Below are positions 56,796 through 64,000 of a stretch of 64,000 nucleotides of DNA, in pieces (position 1 is the first letter of the stretch; each line of letters starts with the position of its first letter). The translations under genes and the position numbers were made by a program. The notes beneath the pieces are model-generated. The model searched no databases. It was not told the origin of the DNA and was given only the letters and a program-made list of their open reading frames with translations. The stretch is from Prevotella sp. (lineage in GTDB: Bacteria; Bacteroidota; Bacteroidia; Bacteroidales; Bacteroidaceae): NCBI GenBank assembly GCA_022764085.1, contig JALERP010000177.1:2682-66681 (forward strand), given 5' to 3'.

Positions 56796-58154
56796 ATGAC
56801 GAAAGAAACGAGAGGCGGCTTCGGCAGCAAAATAGGAATTATACTTGCTACTGCGGGAAGTGCAGTGGGATTGGGAAATGTATGGCGTTTCCCATATATG
56901 ACAGGTGAGAATGGCGGTGCTGCCTTTATATTGGTGTATATAGTATTCATCTTCCTTTTGGGACTTCCAGGAATGGTGAATGAGTTTATCATTGGTCGCC
57001 ATTCGGCATCAAATGCTGCCCGCGCCTACGATAAGATGTCGCGGGGCAAACCGTGGAAAGCGGTGGGATTGCTCGGAATATTGTGTTCCACAATTATTCT
57101 TGGCTTCTATTCAGTGGTGGCTGGATGGTGCCTGCAATATCTATATGCCTCGATAGCGGGCGAAATAATTGGAGACGCTGATTTTGTGAGAAACTATTTT
57201 ATGGAGTTTTCATCTGCCATTGTCAGACCAATATTATGGTCGGTGGGATTTGTTTTGATTACACATATGGTCATTATCCGTGGCGTGAAGAAGGGTATAG
57301 AGCGTATTTCAAAACTGCTTATGCCTACTCTTTTCATCCTGCTACTCATACTTGTCGTATCATCGTGCATGTTGCCCGGGGCTATGCTGGGTGTGAAGTT
57401 TCTGTTTATGCCCGATTTCTCAAAGCTGGACGGAAGTGTGATGCTTGCCGCACTCGGTCAGTCGTTTTTCTCGCTTAGTCTCGGTACGGCATGTCTTTGC
57501 ACCTACGCTTCTTATTTCGGAAGGGATACTAATCTTCTGAAGTCGGCATTCCAGATATCTGTGATTGACACACTGATTGCTATATTGGCGGGACTCATGA
57601 TATTTCCCGCTGCATTCTCAGTTGGAGTAAGTCCCGACAGTGGTCCTTCCCTTGTATTTATCACCTTGCCAAACGTGTTCCAACAGGCTTTCTCGGGGAT
57701 GCCCGTGGTTGGTTATGTGATATCCATCCTGTTTTATGCCCTTCTTGCTGTGGCAGCTCTCACCTCCACTATATCAATGCACGAAATCGGAACGGCATAT
57801 TTCCATGAGGAACTGAAGAAACCCCGAAAGACCGCAGCATGGATAGTGACCGCGGGAGCCTCGGTGATAGGCATTTTAAGTTCGTTGTCTTGTGGGGCAT
57901 ACGACCTACAGTTGTTTGGAATGTCGATGATGGATTTCTTTGACTGCATCACGGCTCAGTATATGATGCCCATAGGTGCCTTGATGACGAGCTTGTATAT
58001 AGGATGGGGAGCGCGAAAAGCTGTGGTGAACAGGGAGTTTACAAACTGCGGAACGACCTACAACCAAATCTTTCCTATATATCTGTTTATGGTGCGCTTC
58101 GTATGTCCCATCCTCATTGTCATCGTGTTCCTGAATCAGTTGGGATTGATATAA
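56796..58154 (+). CDS. Sodium-dependent transporter, SNF/NSS family (copy 2)
   Basis: Same motifs as copy 1; tandem paralog. Confidence 0.93.
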   Translation: MTKETRGGFGSKIGIILATAGSAVGLGNVWRFPYMTGENGGAAFILVYIVFIFLLGLPGMVNEFIIGRHSASNAARAYDKMSRGKPWKAVGLLGILCSTIILGFYSVVAGWCLQYLYASIAGEIIGDADFVRNYFMEFSSAIVRPILWSVGFVLITHMVIIRGVKKGIERISKLLMPTLFILLLILVVSSCMLPGAMLGVKFLFMPDFSKLDGSVMLAALGQSFFSLSLGTACLCTYASYFGRDTNLLKSAFQISVIDTLIAILAGLMIFPAAFSVGVSPDSGPSLVFITLPNVFQQAFSGMPVVGYVISILFYALLAVAALTSTISMHEIGTAYFHEELKKPRKTAAWIVTAGASVIGILSSLSCGAYDLQLFGMSMMDFFDCITAQYMMPIGALMTSLYIGWGARKAVVNREFTNCGTTYNQIFPIYLFMVRFVCPILIVIVFLNQLGLI

Positions 58155-58179
58155 TATATAGATATAAACTAATATAAAT

Positions 58180-58229
58180 AAAGAGACACAAAACCCGGGT
58201 AATATATCCGTGGCTATGTGTCTCTTTTT
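58180..58229. terminator. Probable bidirectional terminator
   Basis: aaagagacaca...tgtgtctcttttt. Confidence 0.7.
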
Positions 58230-58302
58230 GTAAAATGTTAACTTGTTGTCTGGTTAATATTTACTCGTAAACAAATAACCTGTCAGCTCGTAAACACAAA
58301 AA

Positions 58303-58467
58303 CTACTCCTCAACCACAGAGAAGTCTTCCTTGCCAACACCGCAAAGTGGGCATACCCAATCCTCGGGGATGTCCTCAAAAGCTGTTCCTGCAGCGATTC
58401 CGCCTTCGGGGTCGCCAACTTCAGGGTCATAAACCCAACCACATGTGTCACAAATGTACTTTTTCAT
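58303..58467 (-). CDS. Rubredoxin (54 aa)
   Basis: Own translation [54 protein letters not shown], with two CxxCG motifs; missed by the ORF track. Confidence 0.96.
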   Translation of the reverse strand: MKKYICDTCGWVYDPEVGDPEGGIAAGTAFEDIPEDWVCPLCGVGKEDFSVVEE

Positions 58468-59534
58468 TTTTTAATTCCTTTCTTTTTATTAGTTAATAAT
58501 GTATTTACTTTATTTATTATGCTTTCAGGCTTAATCATATTCATACAGGCAAAATCCCCACGCATGCAGGGTTTGTTGCCAAATATGCTGCATGGGCGGC
58601 ATGGTAAATCCACCTGTACCGCGTTGTCCATGCTTTGGTTCCATCCAATGAATCCTGCGTAAGGGTGGGTTGCTCCCCATACGCTCACCACGGGGGTGTT
58701 CACCAAGGATGCCAAGTGCATGTTAGCACTGTCCATCGATACCATTACGTCGAGATGGCTCATCAGCACCAGTTCCTGGTACATTGTCTCAAGATGCCTT
58801 CCCACGTATGTGCATTGCCGATAACTCTCGCACCAATCGGAGAATGACTGCTCCTCCTGTTTTCCGCGTCCAAAGAGGAATAACCTGCACTTGGGGTATT
58901 GGGCAATGAGCTTTTGGATTACCACCTGCATCATCTCGGCAGGATAGACCTTGCCCTTGTGGGCTGCGAACGGGGCTATGCCTATCCACTCTTCCCATTC
59001 AATTCGTGGACCGATGGCTGCGGGCAAGAGGTTGAGGTTGCCTCCCTCATCGGGGAAGATAGACTTAAACTGTATGTTAATCGGATAACCTAACTTTGCC
59101 AGCACCTCGGAATAGTTCGCAAAGGATGTGGGAATTTGTGCCAACACCTTTTTTGACTTGGATACCAGAGACTTTCTTTCACTCCTGTGCTTGTTGATAT
59201 GCGCCACTTTGTAGCGGTCAAATTTAAATCTGAGGCGAAGGTAACCCGAACGCAGTACACCGTGGAAGTCTGCGATGGCTGTGAATTTCTTTGCCGTTAG
59301 CCTACGGTAAAGGGCGTTAAGTCCTTTGACGCCCTTATATTCGCCCTTGATGTCTGCTTCCATAAAGTTGACGTTAGGGGCAAGGTCTTCAAAGAAAGTG
59401 CGCGCAATCCCCCTGCTCAGCACCGTGATCCTAAGGTCAGGATAGGTCTTGGCAAGAGAATATACCACGGGGACAGTCATCGCCACGTCTCCCAAGGCAG
59501 AGAACCTTATTATTAATATATGTTCTTTCTTCAT
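58464..59534 (-). CDS. Glycosyltransferase family 9 (heptosyltransferase-like)
   Basis: [26 protein letters not shown] and CRPC motifs; start moved to ATG 59534. Confidence 0.9.
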   Translation of the reverse strand: MKKEHILIIRFSALGDVAMTVPVVYSLAKTYPDLRITVLSRGIARTFFEDLAPNVNFMEADIKGEYKGVKGLNALYRRLTAKKFTAIADFHGVLRSGYLRLRFKFDRYKVAHINKHRSERKSLVSKSKKVLAQIPTSFANYSEVLAKLGYPINIQFKSIFPDEGGNLNLLPAAIGPRIEWEEWIGIAPFAAHKGKVYPAEMMQVVIQKLIAQYPKCRLFLFGRGKQEEQSFSDWCESYRQCTYVGRHLETMYQELVLMSHLDVMVSMDSANMHLASLVNTPVVSVWGATHPYAGFIGWNQSMDNAVQVDLPCRPCSIFGNKPCMRGDFACMNMIKPESIINKVNTLLTNKKKGIKK

Positions 59535-60136
59535 TGCTTTTTGTAAAGCACGGGGTTTGTTGACGGGTCGTTGTACATCTTCATCTGTCGATATACCTTC
59601 ATGTACTTCCTTCCCGCCTCGATGTCCTCCAGGAGTTGGTCGATGGCGAGTCCGAGGTCTTTCTGCTGCTCGAGCAGAACCGAAAGTTTTTCCGCACATT
59701 TATCACGATGTGCAGTTTCGGCATCCTTCCTCTCCACCTGTTCCTTCATGTGGTATATCTTCAGGGCAAGAATAGACAGACGGTCAACAGCCCAAGCAGG
59801 ACTCTCAGTGTTGAGCCTTGCATCCGGCAGAGGTTTCACTTCGCTGTATTGTTTTCTGAAATATGTGTCTATCTCCTCCACAAGGTCAGTCCTGTCCTGA
59901 TTGCTGCGGTCGATACGGCGTTTCAGTTGCAAAGCTTCTGTAGGGTCAATGTGGGGGTCTCTAATAATATCCTCGAAATGCCACTGGACAGTGTCTATCC
60001 AGCACTTCATATAGAGGTTATAGTCGATAGTGCCTCTGTTGTATGGATTGTTCATCGGAGTATCGACGTTGTCGGTGAGGTGATAGTCTCTTATCGCCTG
60101 TCCGAAAATTACGTTGCAGTGTTCTGTAAATGACAT
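59531..60136 (-). CDS. DUF4254 domain protein
   Basis: QWHFEDIIR, KRRIDRSNQDRTD and NTESPAWAVDRLSILALKIYHM motifs. Confidence 0.85.
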   Translation of the reverse strand: MSFTEHCNVIFGQAIRDYHLTDNVDTPMNNPYNRGTIDYNLYMKCWIDTVQWHFEDIIRDPHIDPTEALQLKRRIDRSNQDRTDLVEEIDTYFRKQYSEVKPLPDARLNTESPAWAVDRLSILALKIYHMKEQVERKDAETAHRDKCAEKLSVLLEQQKDLGLAIDQLLEDIEAGRKYMKVYRQMKMYNDPSTNPVLYKKQ

Positions 60137-60265
60137 TTTTTTATTGCTTGTTATGTTATTTTTAGTGCAAATCTATATAAACTTTTTGAAATATCCAACG
60201 ATTTTGCATTTTTTTTCTCATATTGGTGCATTTTTTAAATACTTTTGTGTACTTTTGCGGCTGAA

Positions 60266-61261
60266 ATGAAGATAATAGTAGATGATAAGATACCTTATAT
60301 AAGGGAATCGCTTGCCAGGATAACTCCAGATGTGGTATATATCCGCGGCTCTGAAATCGTGGCCTCCGACGTGCGTGACGCTGATGCCCTGATAGTGCGT
60401 ACGCGTACTTATTGTAATCGTGAGTTGCTGGAGGGAAGCCGCGTGCAGTTCGTTGCCACCGCGACTATCGGTATTGATCATCTCGACACTCAATGGCTTG
60501 ACGAGGCTGGAATTCATTGGGTGAACTGCCCGGGATGCAATGCTTCCTCGGTTGGACAGTATATAGAGACTTCGCTTATGCGCCTTGGGTTCAACTCTGG
60601 TATTGTAGGCATTGTAGGATGCGGCCATGTAGGCAGCGAGGTAAAGGCGGTGTGTGAGAGTATGGGACTGAAGACCATCGTTAATGACCCGTTCATCGAT
60701 GATCCGACATTTGTCCCCATTGAGGATGTGATGACTTATGCCGACATCATTACTTTTCACGTGCCCCTCACCAGGTGCGGAAGCCATCCCACGTGGCACC
60801 TTGCCGACAAGGCGTTTTTTTCGCATCTTTATGAGTTGCGCAGTTGCCCTATTGAATGTATTATCAACACGAGCCGTGGTGGAGTAATTGACGAACAGGC
60901 TCTACTTAATGCAATGGACGAAGGTATAGTAGGAAATGCCGTCATCGATACATGGGAGGGTGAACCGGAAATCAACAGCGAACTTCTCGGCCGTGCATTC
61001 ATTGCCACCCCGCATATTGCCGGATACAGTGCCGACGGCAAGGTAACAGCCGACAATATGGTGATAGATGCCTTGTGCCGACATTTCGGTATCAACAATC
61101 CGGGGAAAGTAGTGCCTCCCGCTTTGCCATCTGATTTTATATATAAAGGTAGCCCTCTCGACCTCTATGACCCGCTTGTTGACACAGCACGCCTGCGGAG
61201 AAATCCATTGGGTTTTGAGGAGCAACGTGGTAACTATCCACTAAGAAGAGAGTTCTATTAG
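60266..61261 (+). CDS. pdxB: 4-phosphoerythronate dehydrogenase
   Basis: MKIIVDDKIPY, VRTRT, ATIGIDH, GCGHVG, FHVPL and ATPHIAGYS motifs. Confidence 0.9.
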   Translation: MKIIVDDKIPYIRESLARITPDVVYIRGSEIVASDVRDADALIVRTRTYCNRELLEGSRVQFVATATIGIDHLDTQWLDEAGIHWVNCPGCNASSVGQYIETSLMRLGFNSGIVGIVGCGHVGSEVKAVCESMGLKTIVNDPFIDDPTFVPIEDVMTYADIITFHVPLTRCGSHPTWHLADKAFFSHLYELRSCPIECIINTSRGGVIDEQALLNAMDEGIVGNAVIDTWEGEPEINSELLGRAFIATPHIAGYSADGKVTADNMVIDALCRHFGINNPGKVVPPALPSDFIYKGSPLDLYDPLVDTARLRRNPLGFEEQRGNYPLRREFY

Positions 61262-61468
61262 TGCAGTTATCGCACACAACGATAATTTCATTGCACAAAT
61301 TATGAGAATTGTGCAGTTTTGGACAATCAATTCTGCACAATTACAGGGTATCTGTGCATTTTTCTTCATTTTTTGCACAAAAAATTTGCAGATGTGAAAT
61401 AAAAGTAGTTACTTTGCACCCGATTTCGAGAAAAGAACACATTATTAACATTTTAAATATTAGAAATT

Positions 61469-61705
61469 ATGTCAGAAATTGAATCAAAAGTAAAGGCTAT
61501 TATCGTTGATAAGCTGGGTGTAGATGAGGCTGAAGTAAAGCCCGAAGCAAGTTTCACAAATGACCTCGGTGCTGACTCTCTCGACACTGTAGAGCTCATC
61601 ATGGAGTTTGAGAAGGAGTTCGGAATCTCTATTCCAGACGACAAGGCAGAGAAAATCGGTACTGTAGGTGACGCTATCAGCTACATCGAGGAGAACGCCA
61701 AATAA
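61469..61705 (+). CDS. acpP: Acyl carrier protein
   Basis: [12 protein letters not shown] phosphopantetheine motif. Confidence 0.98.
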   Translation: MSEIESKVKAIIVDKLGVDEAEVKPEASFTNDLGADSLDTVELIMEFEKEFGISIPDDKAEKIGTVGDAISYIEENAK

Positions 61706-61724
61706 ATGATTTTATAGGCTGAAC

Positions 61725-61787
61725 TTGGAATTGGGAGAAGGCTGTCTGATATGACACTATGAGCCTCTCCGAATTCCAATTTCTTTT
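61725..61787 (+). terminator. Long imperfect hairpin with U-tail between acpP and fabF
   Basis: ttggaattgggagaaggct...agcctctccgaattccaa followed by tttctttt. Confidence 0.65.
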
Positions 61788-61812
61788 GTATTATTAATCT
61801 TACTTTTTTTTA

Positions 61813-63075
61813 ATGGAACTTAAAAGAGTTGTTGTAACAGGCCTTGGAGCGGTAACTCCAGTGGGCAACACTCCTGAGGAAACATGGGCTAACCTTGTAG
61901 CCGGCAAGAGCGGAGCAGCGCCTATTACATTGTTTGACGCATCAAAATTCAAGACCCAGTTCGCTTGTGAGGTGAAGGGTCTCAATATGAATGATTATAT
62001 TGACCGCAAGGAAGCACGCAAGATGGACCGCTATACTCAGTTGGCTCTTGTGGCTGCCACACAGGCTGTAAATGACAGCAAGATTGACGCTGAGGAAGTT
62101 GACAAAAACCGTGTCGGTGTTATCTTCGGTGTGGGTATTGGAGGTATCAAGACATTCGAGGATGAGGTGAAGTACTATGGCATTCATGAGGCTGACGGTC
62201 CTAAGTTCAATCCGTTCTTCATTCCTAAGATGATTGCTGATATCGCTTCTGGTCAGATTTCAATCAAATACGGATTCCACGGACCTAACTATACCACTAC
62301 ATCAGCCTGCGCTTCTTCAACAAATGCTTTGGCAGACGCTTTCAATGTAATACGTCTTGGTAAGGCAGACGCTATCGTTGCCGGTGGTGCTGAGGCAGCC
62401 ATCTGTGCCTGCGGTGTGGGTGGTTTCAATGCTATGCACGCACTGAGCACACGCAATGATGACCCTGAGCACGCTTCACGCCCGTTCAGCGCAAGCCGCG
62501 ACGGATTTATCATGGGTGAGGGAGCAGGATGCCTCATTCTTGAGGAACTGGAGCACGCAAAGGCTCGTGGCGCCAAGATATATGCAGAGATGGTGGGCGA
62601 GGGTATGAGTGCCGACGCACATCACATCACAGCTTCTCATCCCGAGGGACTCGGAGCTTGTCTCGTTATGAAGAACGCGCTTGAGGATGCAGGATTGAAG
62701 CCCGAGGATATCGACTATATCAATGTACACGGAACATCTACCCATGTGGGTGACATCTCTGAGGCTAAGGCCATCAAGGAAGTGTTCGGTGAGGCAGCTT
62801 ATAAGCTGAACATCAGCTCGACGAAGTCGATGACTGGTCACCTGCTCGGAGCTGCTGGTGCAGTTGAGGCTATGGCAACAGTGCTTGCAGTGAAGAACGA
62901 CATCGTTCCCCCGACAATTAACCATGAGGAGGGTGACAACGACGAGGAACTCGACTACAATCTCAACTTCACATTCAACGAGGCTCAGAAGCGTGAGGTG
63001 CGTGCTGCTATCAGCAATACCTTCGGTTTCGGTGGCCACAATGCTTGTGTAGTATTCAAGAAGTATGCTGAATAA
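61813..63075 (+). CDS. fabF: Beta-ketoacyl-ACP synthase II
   Basis: RVVVTGLG, SACAS, NVHGTST, KSMTGHLLGAAG and NTFGFGGHN motifs. Confidence 0.97.
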   Translation: MELKRVVVTGLGAVTPVGNTPEETWANLVAGKSGAAPITLFDASKFKTQFACEVKGLNMNDYIDRKEARKMDRYTQLALVAATQAVNDSKIDAEEVDKNRVGVIFGVGIGGIKTFEDEVKYYGIHEADGPKFNPFFIPKMIADIASGQISIKYGFHGPNYTTTSACASSTNALADAFNVIRLGKADAIVAGGAEAAICACGVGGFNAMHALSTRNDDPEHASRPFSASRDGFIMGEGAGCLILEELEHAKARGAKIYAEMVGEGMSADAHHITASHPEGLGACLVMKNALEDAGLKPEDIDYINVHGTSTHVGDISEAKAIKEVFGEAAYKLNISSTKSMTGHLLGAAGAVEAMATVLAVKNDIVPPTINHEEGDNDEELDYNLNFTFNEAQKREVRAAISNTFGFGGHNACVVFKKYAE

Positions 63076-64000
63076 CAGTATCATAGATAGACTAAAGCTC
63101 CCTTTCCGCAAGGAGAAGGAGCTTTTTTCTTCCCTTCGTGACATACTTGGATTCTATCCCCGTAACATCGAGCTATACAAGCTTGCATTGATGCATAAGA
63201 GTATAGCCCGACGCAATGCCAAGGGTAAGCCTGTAAACAACGAGCGACTTGAATTTCTCGGTGATGCAGTGCTCGACGCTGTGGTAGGTGATATCGTATA
63301 TCGCCATTTTGAGGGTAAGCGAGAGGGCTTTCTCACTAACACGCGTAGCAAACTGGTACAGCGTGACACACTCAATAAACTTGCGCAGGAGATGGGTATC
63401 AACCGTCTTATCCTGTCATCAGGACATTCCAATTCCCACAACAACTATATGGGCGGCAATGCCTTTGAGGCTCTTGTGGGAGCCATTTATCTTGACAGAG
63501 GTTACGACATGTGTATGCGTTTTATGCAGAAACGCATTCTGTCGCAGCTCATAAACATAGATAAGGTGGCATATAAGGAAGTCAATTTCAAGAGCAAGCT
63601 TATTGAGTGGAGTCAGAAGAACAAGGTGAGGCTCGATTTTAAGCTCGTCAGTCAGTCAAAGGAGAACGGTGGAAGTCCCGTGTTTGTATATAAAGCTGTT
63701 ATAGAGGGACTTGATGGTGGCCAGGGTAAAGGCTACTCCAAAAAAGAGAGTCAGCAGATGGCATCAAAAGAGACTCTTCAGCGCTTGAAGCGTGAACCGC
63801 AGTTCATTGATGCGGTATTTGCTGCTAAGACCGACCGCACGAAGATGGAAGAAATGCCAGTGCTCAACGTGCCTGACACCGAGGAGAAGGAAGATTTTAT
63901 AATAACACGCGACATTCCAGTGGATGAGGCAGGGAATACAACAGAGTCAAGGCGTAAGCCTCAAGTGGATGTACCCGCAGTGGAGGATGACTCCGAAGAG
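63065..64000 (+). CDS. rnc: Ribonuclease III with an acidic C-terminal extension (3' truncated by window)
   Basis: Own translation from ATG 63065: ...HKS...NNERLEFLGDAVL...GNAFEALVGAIYLDRG...NFKSKLIEWSQK...GYSKKESQQMAS; open to the window end. Confidence 0.95.
   Translation, partial: MLNNSIIDRLKLPFRKEKELFSSLRDILGFYPRNIELYKLALMHKSIARRNAKGKPVNNERLEFLGDAVLDAVVGDIVYRHFEGKREGFLTNTRSKLVQRDTLNKLAQEMGINRLILSSGHSNSHNNYMGGNAFEALVGAIYLDRGYDMCMRFMQKRILSQLINIDKVAYKEVNFKSKLIEWSQKNKVRLDFKLVSQSKENGGSPVFVYKAVIEGLDGGQGKGYSKKESQQMASKETLQRLKREPQFIDAVFAAKTDRTKMEEMPVLNVPDTEEKEDFIITRDIPVDEAGNTTESRRKPQVDVPAVEDDSEE

Noticed and set aside
58263..58296. ctcgtaaaca direct repeat after rubredoxin
   Set aside because: Only two short copies; too little to call an element.
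58254..58451. 65-aa ORF from the track
   Set aside because: Wrong frame; the real gene is rubredoxin at 58303-58467.

Overview
Mostly core chromosome of a Bacteroidales bacterium, very likely Prevotellaceae, judged from gene content, TAnnTTTG promoters and protein signatures. Housekeeping content: sufS (partial), rnhB, sdaA, a CAT-anticodon tRNA, a Ca-type P-ATPase, ribF, an ECF sigma/anti-sigma pair, topA-aroK-speA-argB, pta-ackA, the dcw cluster (mraZ to ftsZ plus yqeY), a glycine-lipid-type acyltransferase pair, gpmI, trpS, an ArgE-like M20 enzyme, acyl-CoA synthetase, prfB, CYTH, VanZ, two tandem SNF transporters, DUF4254-GT9-rubredoxin, pdxB and acpP-fabF-rnc (partial). The accessory block is about 38.5-49.8 kb. 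It holds a mosaic of repeats, an orphan tandem-fused sensor kinase/pseudokinase, a PL26-like/GH105 pectin pair, and the best candidate for an undescribed system. That candidate is a tightly coupled four-gene RiPP-like cassette: HPrK-like kinase, soluble S24/S26 peptidase, stand-alone PqqD/RRE and ABC exporter, with no cyclase and no local precursor peptide. Several families of small intergenic repeats recur, and one appears to sit in frame inside argB. All family assignments come from motif recognition by eye; no database searches were run.
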